Source of the DNA: Mytilus californianus
Taxonomy: Eukaryota
Assembly: GCF_021869535.1 (NCBI RefSeq)
Contig: NW_026262668.1
Span: 13,206,001 to 13,270,000 of the forward strand
Direction: 5' to 3'
DNA: 64,000 bases
Every line of letters starts with the position of its first letter. Within the stretch, counting starts at the first letter, position 1. The notes beneath the pieces were generated by a model. The model was not told the DNA's origin. It did not search any database and was given only the letters and a program-made list of their open reading frames with translations. Positions 1-13,208 of the stretch are shown in pieces. The position numbers and the translations under genes are program-made.

Positions 1-3000
1 ACTAGGACACATTCAATACATTTTATGATTCAACAAATTAACAAATGCCTGTTTCGATCAAAGGACAAATTCCAAAAACGTTACCAGGCAAGAATCTAAA
101 TATAGAAATGCAGTGCTTGCAACTGATACCACATACATTTGGAACCAAAACTTCATAGTGTCTGATCGTGTGTTACCCTTGTTAATTATACAGACATGAA
201 GTATATAATTCAGCCTTGAACTATTTATCAGTTTGACACATTGCGCAAAGGTAGATAAAATCAATATTAATCAAGGTTTCTACAGAAAAAGTACAAAGAA
301 ATGATTTTAGAGGTATACGACAGTTATTCCCTTTTGAATATTTAGGTAATACAGACAAGTACATCTGGAACAAATACCATTTTTTAAGAAGTCTTTATTG
401 TTTTAAATTTGTCACTCAGGTCATGTTAAATCGTTAGGGAGACGGATTTATATAAGAGCACTGCTCTCGTTTCCTTATCCAAATATTTGAATCACTCGTA
501 TATTTCGTATTTATTTTCTCTTGTAGCTCTACATGACAAATTCTTTAATAACATGTGTTTACACTAAATTTTATACTATGCGGTATAGGTTTTAATCATT
601 GTTGAAGGCCGTACAGATATCTACAGTTGCTAATTTCTGGAGCAATACCACCATTGCATTTCCCCTATCAGTCTTTGTTAAATTGACATTTTTCAACAAA
701 AAAAATGTGAAGAATTTGTCTTTGTTTCAAGTAAAGAAATACTTGGCATGAGTATATTGTTATCCTGTCCAGTACTACAGACAAAATTTCACATAACATT
801 TTTTCGCATATAAGATAATAAACATCACCGGAAGTTAACCATCAAAGTTTCATTTTTTCCCTGTTTACAAGCTTTAGTCACCATGTCATCTCAAGTTTCC
901 AAAATGTTGTATATAAACACAGAATAGAAAAAGAATTGTACTTTGAAACACCCAAGATATATTTTTTTCTGGAATGAAATGCAGGGTTAATTTCCTACAA
1001 CTGTCAACATTCAAGGGAATTGGTTTTTTTTTTACCCTTTTTCATATTAAACCGGATGTGACGTACTATGTTTTGATGGTATAACACTTTCTACGTCATT
1101 TGGTCTCTGGTGTGGCAATAATACCACATCTTCTTATGTTCACGTTGTAGTTAATTATATGTTTATTTTGTTAATCCTTAATATTATGCTTATAGGAAAT
1201 ACTCAATAAAAATCAAAAACGAATGTATAGAATACGGAAGCAATAAGACCTCTTAATATAATATTATCAATGCTTGGTTTATTTATTGTATTTGATTTTC
1301 ATGTTATATTACTTTATGTCAATTTAACTCCATTCATTTTCTGATTTGTTTGTCACAGTAAAAATAAGGAGATATACTAGGATTACCAATGAGACCACTA
1401 TTCATCTACCAGAGACCGACATGTTAGTTTCGCTTTCAAAGAGGATTATAGTTATATTATCTCATCAACTTATGAGACAAGCTTTACGGTTAAGGAGTAT
1501 ATTTTCCAAAGCTTTCCTTTGCTCTTAAATACAGCATGTACTTGCAGCTTCAGTGAACAGGAAGTCTTGATAAATTTACAAATCTGTATTAAACATGAGT
1601 CACATAGGAGTGAGATCATGATGTATAGCTCAGAATATACAAAACAAGTCGGGAATTAACCTTCTGTAAACTCTTTTATTTGTGATTATTATAATCATTA
1701 GTAAACAGATGTATATAAATGCATATAAATATAATGTGATCATATATGATTACTTCCATTTCACTAAAAAATGTCAAATGATAGTTTTGCAAACATTTTT
1801 GATCGTTTTGACCAAAAATTGAGAATTGTTTTATTAGCTTCATTTTTTAAATATCATGAAAATGATAAACTGAACCACTTTTCGGAGTCTACGACCGGGT
1901 GAATCATTAAGTTTATAGATTGGTACGTTATAGTTCAAAAGCACACTGACTTGTCACCCAACAGAAGGAAGACGTACGTTCGAACATTCATATACAAGTC
2001 AGTGTACCGTTAACCCGCGAATAATAAATCTAATTCATAAATCCAGTTAATTATCAACCCTTTCTGTTGTACAATTGGAATTTAGTTTTGAAACAAGGTT
2101 TAAACTTGTTTCCTTCTTAGTATCTTTTGCGAAGAGGAAACATTATATCTTAACAAAGTTTTGCAAGAACTTTTGTGAACATCTCGAGATAAATTATAAT
2201 AATCTAATAAGTTCTTCGCACTTGATCGAGATTTGTTGTACGCCTTACAATAAAATAGTACTACAACACATTAGGTAAAATCATCCTGAATATGCATGAA
2301 ATGATTCCCGCTGGACGTTTAACAATTAACAATCAATCAATCAGTAGGTAAAGTGTTCAGCTGGGTTCGTGTTTTTTCAAGTAATTATCTGAACTACCAC
2401 AGAAGATATCATAGTCATTGAATAATAAGGAGTTGGGGTATGATTGTCAATGAGATAACTACCCAACATATACCAAATGAAGTTGATTTAAGCAACTATA
2501 GCTCATGCGTTTTGATTGGTTGCATCTTTGACAAATGATGAAATTCTTACACATAGTTAGAATTTAGATTTTTTATGGAATGAGTTAAAAAATATTGTAC
2601 CTTGATTGATATCACATTAAATACTTTCTCTTTAAAGTTTGTTACGCAGTTCAGAAGTTCCGAGCAGCAACAATATGATATAGTTTAACGTCATTGTTGC
2701 CATTTTTATATTTTACATTAGTGTGTTCAATTTGACGTTTAGATAGAACAATATACAAATAGATAATGATAAAAGAGTTTCTAAAATGTCATGTGTCATT
2801 TTATTAAAGCAACAAAATACTCATTTGGTGCAACAGAAATAGTACCGTGAAATATTTCAAAGTCAAATTTATTTGAGCTTTTGTCTGAAAATACATTTTT
2901 TTCGAATAAAATGAGGCCTAATGTGAAACTGTAGAATTTTCCATTAAATTAAAATTTGTGTTTTTTTTTTTAGTTATAATCATTCGTCATTACTACAGAT

Positions 3001-5293
3001 TCGGTGAAATCTTTATGAATGACTTTAACTTATATGTACAATTTTACAAAATTTATTTCAAACAAAATGAGGCTTTACTTCTATGACAAATAATATCGAA
3101 ATAATTGAAAATTCATCGACTCTAACACAAAATATGGACAATTCAATGTTAACGTGGTATTTAATTCGTTTTGAAAGCTTCAGACGTACTCCCTTTATAC
3201 CATTTCCAACTGGACCAAATATGAAAATAAGGAGATGTGGTATGATTGCCTACGAGACAACTATCCACCAAAGTTCAAATGAAGTGGATGTAAGCAATTA
3301 TAGACAACCGTACGGGCTTCAACAATGAGAAAAACCCATACCGTATATATTCGGTTTTAAAAGGCCCCGACATGAAAAATATGAAACATTCAATTCAAAT
3401 AACTACTTTACCTTGAAATTCACGACCCAAAGTTTTTTACAGCGTAATTTCGACCCATTCTTGGTATTTTATGCATAAAACATGAAGAAATAAATTGGAA
3501 GTTGTATGAAAAGTGGCAAGTAATACACTGCCCACGCTAGGTACTACATTTCAAAGGACAACACTGTGTCTGTGGTCTCGGATCTATAACACGCAAGCAA
3601 AAGAATGAAAAACAAGCTGACGGAATTGCGTCCGTACTGCACAAATTGGACGAAGTATCATCAATGTGGCTGAAGTATTTGGTACTACGTGTATAGTTAT
3701 TATAAAAGGGTTAATGTGCGTAGGGAATATTGTCTCTAGAATTATATCAAATTGCAGTCGGAAGCTCGTGCAATATGATATATTGCTCTGGAAAAGAAAT
3801 TATGTTATTATCAGAAAATATATTTTATGCTCTTCAGCTTTGTCAATACAAGGGAACAGCCAATGGTAACAAAAAAAGCTGTAATGATACGTCTACACGA
3901 TATTATACCAAACTCTAAAAGCATTATATAATCTACTGAAAGTGGCGTAATTGCCGAAAATTGAAGATCGAAGCGAGGCGAAACAAAACTTGGACGATTT
4001 TATACTAAATATTAATATATATCGTGAAAAACATATTTTTCATGTATCTATTTTTTTTTTTGGTGATCAAAGGGAGCGACGACACACTTTTCAATTTAGT
4101 TGGACTTGAAATAGAAATGCAAAACAATTATTTTCGTGTCAATCGTTCGTAAATTCCTCAGTTATAGATATAGATATTAAAGTTAAATGTTTAAACGTTA
4201 GACCCTTACCAAAATATTTTTTATCGTCCAAACACGTCAAACGGACTTCGTAACCAATTATTCGTACCTACACCACAATCTTAAATTTTTGCAAGAAATG
4301 TTTTTTTCACTTAACTACCAGGTGCCTGTTGTTCAGTGGTTGTCGTTTGTTGGTGTGGTTCATAAGTGTTTCTTGATTCTCGTTTTTTTATATAGATTAG
4401 ACCGTTGGTTTTCCTGTTTAAATTGTTATACACTAGTATTTTGGGGCCCTTTATAGCTTGCTGTTCGGTGTGAGCCAAGGCTCCGTGTTGAAGGCCGTAC
4501 TTTGACCTATAATTGTTTACTTTTTACACATTGTGACTTGGATGGATAGTTGTCTCATTGGCACTCATACCACATCTTCTTATTTATATATACCCTGGTT
4601 CTCCAAACTTTAAAGAATATCTTTAAAACTGTAAATGTAGAAGTTATCTTTCTATTCAAGACATTATTAAATTACATGAGTATAAACATCATACATCACA
4701 TTCCTCCATTGATTATTTCGTTGAGGCACATACGAAAACCCAAAACAGAAATGGTTTTAAGTATATATGGTTTGTAATGTCGTTATGTCTCATTGATGTA
4801 TACCTTACATCTCCCTGTATTCATAAACTATTCTGAAATATCTTAAAACTAAATATATCGTGTAAGACTTTTGGCACCGCCAATATACTTGGAACGTGAC
4901 AGCGTTAGTCCTTTTTCATTGGAGTTCTACAATTTTGTATTTTGGTTCACTCTTTTTTTTTTTTTTTTTTTTGCTGAACGAAAATGACAGATATCGAAAC
5001 AAGCAAATCAAACCAAATTGAAAGTCGTCCTTTCCCTAATGATCATTTATCTTCCTCGTTTTTCTATGGAAAAGTAAATAAATAGTGCCATTTCTTCATT
5101 TAAAATATAAAAGACCTTTATCTAAAAAACTTTATTTCTGTACAAAACATTCATAACAATTGATTAGAGTATTAGACTACTTATACGACAACATTTTATT
5201 GCACCTTTCAAAAAGACTATATAAATTAAAACGATATAAATACATTGTAATAACAGAAATTCTTATATAAATGATACATGTTCGTTTTAAACA

Positions 5294-5381
5294 CTGCGAA
5301 TCTAGTGAGGGTTATTTGGATACTGCAAATCTAGCAGGGGTCATTTGGAGACTGCAATTCTAGCAGGAGTCATTTGGAGAC
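5294..5381. repeat. 29-bp tandem repeat x3
   Basis: ctgc..tctag..gg..catttgga.a units start at 5294, 5323 and 5352. Confidence 0.9.
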
Positions 5382-5410
5382 ATCTTGGCTTTGGTAATGC
5401 TGTTTATAAC
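5370..5410 (-). other. Terminal exon of the Gly/Tyr gene (in frame GYKQHYQSQDVSK* if the TAA at 6171-6173 is bypassed)
   Basis: tatctttcag acceptor at 5411; phase matches the donor at 6163; AATAAA signals lie further down (~5130-5200, minus). Confidence 0.55.
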
Positions 5411-6170
5411 CTGAAAGATAAGATAATGGATGAGGTTTAATTTTTCAAAAACAGTGTGGGTTTAAAATGTAATGAGTCAAATGATAGTTCAATAAATATG
5501 CCTTAGTGTTAGTTCTTGGCGAAATTGAGTGGAGTGTTAAATCTAAAAAAAATTATATCCATGTGCCTGTCTCAAGTTAGGAAGCTCGTCAGTGGTAGCA
5601 TTATGTCATATCTTAATGTTGTTTTTTTATTTGAAGAATTTGGTGTTGATGGCAGATCTTTGATTGTTTCTGTGTAAATTATTCACATTTTTATAGACTT
5701 TTTGAGCTTGACATATTGTATTGATACCTGTCTATTGTTGAGGACTGTATGTTGCCATCTGTACATGTCTTTTTGTTATTTTCATCGTTGGGTTGATGTC
5801 TCATTGACGTATAGCCCACATCTCATTTGATTTATACTTAATGTGAACGCCAAAGAATTTACTAATGCATAAAAAAATTCTACTTCTGTTAAAAATATAC
5901 AGAAAACTCTATATCGATCCTAGAAATAATAGTGATTAAATTAAACAAATCAAACCAAAGTCTCTAATGTCAATATCATATTTCGCAAATTGACAAGCAT
6001 CAATCACTAAATAAATAGTCAAAATTACATAACTTTTTTTTAATTTGCAATACTTAAAATGAATAAATCTAGAAATATTTACAAATGTACTGTTCATTTT
6101 ATTTATTTATTTCATTATCAATACTTTAAATTATCATTATTTTCATCTTTATTCAGTACTCACCTTTTCT

Positions 6171-6226
6171 TTATTTTTTTCCTTTGGCAAGCAACAAAAG
6201 AGGAACTGCTATTAGGGCTGCAGGCA
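6171..6226 (-). CDS. Second coding exon of the Gly/Tyr protein (LPAALIAVPLLLLAKGKK*)
   Basis: tattttaacag acceptor, phase 1 as required; hydrophobic stretch followed by a basic cluster; the exon runs to 6164 and ends at a GTGAGT donor. Confidence 0.75.
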
Positions 6227-7015
6227 CTGTTAAAATAAGATTCAGAACATAAAATTTTATCATTTATGTTTTATTGTACGTAACAAAAGTAAGTAAAGAT
6301 ATGTGCTCTTTGTCGAGAGATAGCATTTATTGTTTAATAAACAAAACAGGCTATTTATCACTACTTTTTTGGAGGCTTAATACAAATGTTTTTGCCTAAT
6401 TAAGAAGCTAGAATTTTCCCCCGAAAAAAATGAAGAGGTCGTATCGACCGGGAAAACCTATGGAACCAACAGTCTATTAATGATGGTATCGAGAAATTTA
6501 AACATTGGGACAAACAGTCTTCAAGAAATGACTTAATAAAGTGAAGCAGTCACAGCGCTTTTCTAGAATAGTTTCAATAACGAACGACTTTGATGGGGAA
6601 AAAAAATACACGAAAACAAATATAATACAAGGAATCATAACAAGAATAGTTAAAATGTGCAAGGACATCTTTCCTTGTGAGAAATTTACCCCGGTATCAA
6701 CTGTATATAATATAACAAATAGGAAGTGCCCAAAACATTGACTAACATTGGGAACCAGCTGTACAAAAAGTACAACGATAGTTAGGCCTGCGGCAGACGA
6801 TACCGAGGAGAGGGTAAGGAAATTATTTATTAAAAAAGTGTTGGACAAACAAAACAAGTATTATTGGACCAATCTTATATATGTTTATATATATAGAGAG
6901 AGAGAGAGGTATTCAAATAATATGCATCAAAACCATTATAAATCGTTTAAAGTAAGAAAGAAAGAATAATTAATATAGACTATTTTGGGGCCATAGGTTA
7001 GGTACATTTACTTAC

Positions 7016-7880
7016 AAAATGGACTGTTCATAATTCTTTCACCAAGTGAAGGTCTGTGATGAAAAATAAATTGATCGGAATGGCCTCCAAATGGCATTCC
7101 TACTGGTACGGGTAACATCATGTGATTCCTATGGGGAAAATGTTTGTTTCCATAACCATAATTTTGGTACACACCATAATTACCAGTATATCGAAACAAT
7201 GGGTGAACTCCATACATATTATGTCCGTATGGATTAAATCCCGAGCGCTGACCATACGACCATGGAAATGAACTAAAAGGAGACCATGGAAATCCTGATT
7301 GAAATCCATTGTAACCGGAACCGAATGGGTTCATAAAGAAGAATGGAAATGTGTTGTAGAAGTTCTTCGCATAATTAGAACCATATCCGCTTCCGTAACC
7401 TTTCGTATATCTATAATTTGTAGGATATCCTTGATTGTAATTTGTTCCATATCCTGAATTGTAGTTAGTTCCATATCCAGAGTTGTAATTTGTACCATAT
7501 CCAGAGTTGTAATTTGTTCCATATCCAGAATTATAGTTTGATCCATATCCACTATTATAGTTATTTAAGTTTGATCCATATCCGCTATTATAGTTATTTA
7601 AGTTTGATCCATATCCGCTATTATAGTTATTTAAGTTTGATCCATATCCGCTGTTATAGCTATTTAAGTTTGATCCATATCCGCTATTATAGCTATTTAA
7701 GTTTGATCCATATCCGCTATTATAGTTATTTAAGTTCGATGCGCTATTATAGTTATTTAAGTTCGATCCGTAGTTAGAACTGCTACTATAGCCCACTTTA
7801 CCAGTATAAGAAGAAACAATGGATATGTTTATGATGAGCAATACATATAAAAACCAAATCAGCTGTAGTGAATTCTGCAT
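7016..7880 (-). CDS. Secreted Gly/Tyr/Asn/Ser-rich repeat protein, main coding exon (shell-matrix or byssus-like composition)
   Basis: Acceptor ttttatattgtag 9 nt before the ATG; hydrophobic signal peptide MQNSLQLIWFLYVLLIINISIVSS; NLNNYNSGYGS and NYNSGYGT repeats; Phe/Pro/Trp- and His-rich segments; donor T|GTAAGT at 7015, so the ORF-track end CK* is intronic. Confidence 0.85.
7430..7770 (-). repeat. Coding tandem repeats: 33-bp (11 aa) units, then 24-bp (8 aa) units
   Basis: Plus-strand units such as ttgatccatatccgctattatagttatttaagt (~7550-7770) and ttccatatccagagttgtaatttg (~7430-7550). Confidence 0.95.
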
Positions 7881-8300
7881 AATTTGAATCTACAATATAA
7901 AACAATTGATATTTAAGCAAAATGTGTACACAGCTATTGGTTTGATGTTCAACAATATTGTTCAAATTATATCGCAATTCTTGTAGTAAAAAAGAACAAA
8001 TCAAGTACGGGTCTTTCGGAAACGTTTTTCTTCAGTGCCTGTTGTGTCCTTATAGAAAACCGATGCGAATTAGAAATTTATTGCTGTCAAGCAATATTTG
8101 TGACGAAGAAATGCACTTGTGTTCGACAAAAAAAACGTAGATTAAGATTCAATTAAGTGCTTACGTAATTATAATAGTTACCATTACAAGTTATAATCTA
8201 ATAACAAAACAATTGCGTAATTGTAATTCATCCAAGTTTGTGAATGAAATGATGAAAAACTTGTATATATAAATGCAACCTCAAAATCGAAAATACTTAC

Positions 8301-8362
8301 TTGTGTTTCTATACGAAGTCAAAGTTGTTGTTTTACTATGAAGAGTGTAGCAAGCATTTATA
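8301..8362 (-). promoter_or_regulatory. TATA box and short non-coding exon 1 of the Gly/Tyr gene
   Basis: TATAAAT at 8356-8362 (minus), followed by an ATG-free segment ending in GTAAGT at 8300. Confidence 0.6.
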
Positions 8363-9291
8363 GGTTCCATTCTGTTGTTAGTCATTTCCCGAAATACACA
8401 CGCAAAATAAGTGCGTCATATTTCTGATTCCTCTGGTTAAATGCGGGTATAGATGAGTAATACAGTATTTTCCATTTATTGGTTGACAAGTTGTCAAAAC
8501 TAGTTTTGAGGACAAGGTATTTGACAAGTTACATCTTAATTGACCCTGGGTTACCTGAATTCATGATTATCCCGACGTCGAACGAAACTTCCGACTTTTC
8601 AATAAAAAAAAAACTTTTGATTTTTGGACCAGTCAAATTCAATGAACGGTTTTATAGAGCTTTTATCGAAATATGTAGTTATATACTTATATGAAATATA
8701 AAATATACATATGCACATTTTGCATGTCTGACATCATATAATTACAGTCAGGTGAAGTGTAAATAGTAAACAATGCAGCATATGCATTAAGATAAGATAA
8801 GATATTTTATTAGTATAAAATCCAAGCAATCGGATTGCTACTAAATACAAACACAAATAAATAATAAACAATACAAATATGTAACATTTATAAAATATAT
8901 GTAATTGCATTAAGTCAAATAAAATTATTTGAACTTTAATATGGGCTTTTATTAACAGAATTTTAAGTAATCGGGGAAAAAAGGAATTAGAGGCCAGAAA
9001 TGCTGACATTTTATACGCAACATTTAAGATGACCACTCAAAAACAACCAATAAGAAAATATTAAGTGGAAAATATAGCTATCCGTATCAATACAATTAAA
9101 AAAATCATCTTTTTAACAAACCTTCTCCGTAAACGAAATTTGAACGTTATCATTAATAAAACAGTTTCCTTAAACATGAACAAAATGAGATGTGAACTTT
9201 TTTTTTTTTTTTTTTTTTTTGAGGTCTTATCTGTCTATGATTGGTTACTTCTAACCGTTGAAAAAATAGAGTCTAACGGTTTAACTCATTG

Positions 9292-9294
<3 letters not shown>

Positions 9295-9322
<28 letters not shown>
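9295..9322. repeat. (CT)n microsatellite
   Basis: Uninterrupted ctctct run. Confidence 0.95.
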
Positions 9323-9325
<3 letters not shown>

Positions 9326-9354
9326 GATAATACTAACATTATTACAATTTAAAT

Positions 9355-12300
9355 GAAATTGAGAATGGAAATGGGGAATCCCGATCATAAACAGCCCTAA
9401 AGGAAACCACCAATGGGTCAACACAGCGAGAAAATCCCGCACACGGAGGCGGGCTTCAGCTGGCCCCTAAACAAAAATGTGTACTAGTTCAGTGAAAATG
9501 GACATCAAACTAAACTCCGAAACATATAAATGAACTAAAATTAAAAAAAAAAATACAAGACTAACAAAGGCCAGAGGCTCTTGACTTGGGACAGGCGCAA
9601 AAATGCGGCGGGGTTAAACATGTTTTGTGAGATCTCAACCCTCCCCTATAGAATAAAGAAACACACAGCAATACGCACAGTAAAACTCAGTTTAAAAGAA
9701 GTCAGAGTCCGATGTCAGAATAGGTAACAGAAAAAGCTAAGCAAAATGACAATGATACATGAATTAACAAAGGACTACTAGCAGTTACTGACATGCCAGC
9801 TCCAGACCTCAATTAAACTGATTGAAAGATTATGTCTTTCTTCATCATATGAAAATCAAGCACAATCCCTCCCGTTAGGGGTTTTGTATCATACCATCAT
9901 AAAATATATGAGAAGAACATAATCCGTATCATGCCAACAACTGGCTTTAGAATCAATGTGTTTATTTCCGATCCAATGACCCAATAAGTGAATCAATATT
10001 AATTCCAAAATATGACATCTTTAATGATCATACAACAGTATCGTAACTATATCCATTCTGAATAAGTCTGTTTAAAGGTTTGGTTAGCTTTAGTCTAGAG
10101 GTGAACGACGACATGTTTGTGCTTTGTATAGAATATTAACATAAAAGATTGGATGTGAAATATCTGAACGTATAAGATGTCTGCATGTTGATTAATATTT
10201 AATAATACATAAAAATACATCTAACAAAAACACAAAGTGGACGTGGACGGGTACTTATTGTTATGATATATTTGTAATTATCATGTTTATTAATCTTGGC
10301 CTAATTTGTTTTTATGTGGCCTTATAAGATATATAATATGGGTGTTTTCTATTTATAGTTGTTTACAAAATAATGTTATAATTGTGCAGTTTAGAAATCA
10401 CTGGATTAATCATAGATACGGATGGAACGATTAGAACTTTCTATTTGAATTACATGATAATTCCGGAATGATCATAATCTACGATGCGTAATTTAAACTT
10501 CTATAGTACTCTAGAAGTTTCCTTTCTAAAGTTTTCTAGGAGTTTCCCTTCTACAGTGTTCTAGAAGTTTCCGTGACAACTATATATGCAGACACCGAAA
10601 TTAGACAGACAGACATTAATATACTTGATTTCTCAGAAGATCTCTGGAGTTGTTGGATTCAAATTTTTATTTACGAACAACATCATACTAGATTGTGAAC
10701 TTATTGGACATATATATTACATTGGGTTCCGTATAGTTAAGAGAAGAATTCCGGATAAAGAAAAGACAAAGGATCGGACATATATTTTAACAGTTAAGTT
10801 GACATTTCAATTTGTATAATATTTCGTGTAAAATTGTATGATAAATCTTGTTAAATTTTATTATTGATTTGTGTCTTTTGTTGGCTACAATTTAAAGGTG
10901 ATTTCTGGCCGTAACATTATACATCCCAAAAACAAAAAGACACTAAGTACAGATCTGAGAGTATTCGCAGTTTCTGACAGCTAGTTCAAAGCCAATAACA
11001 ACTAATGAAAAAAATCATGTATCTAAGACTAAAATGTCGATGGATTTAGTGTAAAGACGTCATTAAAAGTCAGAGAAAAACATGACCCTGTGCATTGCCA
11101 AACTATAATGACAGATTGTAGTATCGTGAAAGTACATATGTGTAATATTAAGTATGGTTTTAATTTACTGATAACAAAGTCAATATTTACACCAATAAAA
11201 GCAATATTCAAAGATTTAATTACAGTGTTGAATAGGTAACCTTTTTGAATAAGGTTATTTAAAGGATTGATAAGTTTACCCGGATCGTATGTAAATTTCC
11301 ATGTATAACATCACCGTAAAATTTAGGATGTGCTATTCCGTTTGAAATAAGTTTTCTACAGATACAGACAAACTTGCAGACCAAATCTTTGTATCTATGA
11401 AAAAATTTAGTAAAGGTTTTAAGTAATTTGTGGTAACGAAATCCCTGACTTAATAATTTACCAGTGATGCATACTTTACGCTCATTAAAATCCAAAACGT
11501 CACTACAAACACGAGCATAGCGAACGAGTTGGGATATATAAACACCGTAAGACGGTGCCAAAGGAATATCACCGTCCAAAAAAGGATTTTTTAACAATAG
11601 GAAAAGAAAAATTATCCCTTTTGTTGTAATTTTTTGTGTAGAGTTTCTGGTGTAATACTGAAATATCTAAATCTAGGAAAAGACAGTTATTGCTGTTGAT
11701 ATTAGATTTATTTAAAGTAAGTTCCTTTGGGTAATTTTCAGCAGTATAGTTAGAGAATTCATGATTATTTAACGAAAAAATATCATCAAGATAACGGTAA
11801 GTGTTGTTGAATTTATCAATTAAATGGAATTTAGACGGTTCTTTTTTTAGTTTGGCCATAAACTGTGATTCATAACAGTTAAGGAACAATTCTGCTATTA
11901 AAGGTGCACAATTGGTGCCCATAGGAATACCTACAATCTGTTGATAAACTTTATTTCCGAAACGTACATAAATGTTGTGAAGGAGAAAATTTAGTACTTT
12001 AATTATCTCATCACACCTCCAGTAAGTATAGCTAGCATATTTACCTTTCTCATTAGAGAAAAAGGCTTTATATGGTTTGCAGCAAATAAATTTGCAACCG
12101 GATTTATCAAACGAACATTTAATTAGATAGGAAAACTTTTGTTTGATAAGATTGTGTGGAAGTGTAGTATCAAGAGTGGAAAAGTCAAAACTGTCAACTG
12201 AATCACAAGGACCATCAAATGCACGTAATTTATCTAAAACATCCAAAGATTTTTTTACACTCCAAAAATGGTTAGTTCCACTGTTTTCATATGTTTTATT

Positions 12301-12560
12301 ACCAAAATCAACGATAAGTTTTTTGATAGTAGTTAAGGAACTCGTTAAAATCACCGAAAGACTAGTAGTAGAACACTTACTAGAGGCCGAGATGAACCGA
12401 TATTTCACGGGTTTTTTTTTTGTGTAGTTTAGGTAACCAATACATAGTGGGGATCTCCAAATGTTCCGAGAAGGCCTTTAGCTGAGCTGTGGTAGTGACA
12501 TGATTATTTACTATATGACTCTCTGTGGAGCGTACGGCCTTGAATGTAGTTGAATGCATA
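9355..12560 (-). mobile_element. 5'-truncated Penelope-like retroelement (RT plus 3' tail), degenerate
   Basis: PTMYWLPKLHK..KYRFIS, SFDFSTL(D)TTLPH, GIPMGTNCAPLIA, YRYLDD, FLDL, YGVYISQLVRYARVC; +1 frameshift at ~11590 joins ORFs 11569-12408 and 11259-11597. The tail (~10915-11030 and ~9355-10270) is split by an unrelated ~650-bp insert. Confidence 0.85.
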
Positions 12561-13208
12561 TTTTCATTCTTAAGGACTTCCGTGTAGTATTTACGTCAAA
12601 CCATCACCACGTTTGATTTTGTCAGTTTTTACGGACTTTCCCTTTTTGAATTTACCTTGGAGTTCGATATTTTTGTTGTATTTTTTTTTTTTTTTGCGTG
12701 ACAAGGTAAATTTTATATTTGTTTTGCAAGGACGTCTCGTAAGAAACTTTGGTCTTAATAGATAGAATTTAAAAAGATTTGGCATTTCAATACGAATATT
12801 TCGAATTATTAGAATTAAATATATATAATATACCAACTCAAAAGCAAATTTATCAATTCATAATCCATTTAATTATATTGATGTCGAAACACAAACAGAA
12901 AATTTCATATTTAATTGGTTTAATGCATGGACGTCTCGTAAGACATGTCAGTCTTATTGATAATGATGTAATTTGAAAAGTTTTAGTCAATACAAAATGC
13001 ATATCTCTGGCTGTTAAAATTAAAACATATGTAATATACTATTTAAAAAGTAAACTAGTATTTTTTGGAATTCACAAGGAGCACTATACTTCTGTTTTGT
13101 AGTACCGAAACAAAGTTTGTGTGTTAAATAAATTAAAAATCTAACAATAGGGATTTTTTTAAATGAAGAAAAAAACAACATTATATGATATCTGAAGCAA
13201 ATTAAAAT

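Noticed and set aside
3500-3960. Mildly GC-richer stretch with two short ORFs
   Set aside because: Multiple stops in all frames and no recognisable motif.
3936-3970. Hammerhead-like CTGAAAGT-GGC-GTAATT-GCC-GAAA
   Set aside because: The core is not CUGANGA and no stem I or III with a cleavage triplet could be formed.
6498-6969. Overlapping ORFs of 66-119 aa inside the Gly/Tyr gene intron
   Set aside because: No recognisable domain or coherent splice structure; treated as chance or decayed sequence.
7490-7777. Plus-strand LIHIRYYSYLS repeat ORF
   Set aside because: Antisense shadow of the Gly/Tyr protein repeats.
8000-8040. Minus-strand CUGAAGA...CGAAA hammerhead-like match
   Set aside because: Stem II lacks the closing pairs and stem III does not pair.
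10567-10580. RFX X-box-like GTTTCCGTGACAAC
   Set aside because: It lies at the end of a short repeat within transposon debris, far from the ciliary gene.
13150-13160. kappaB-like GGGATTTTTT upstream of the CARD ATG
   Set aside because: Too short and too likely by chance in AT-rich DNA.
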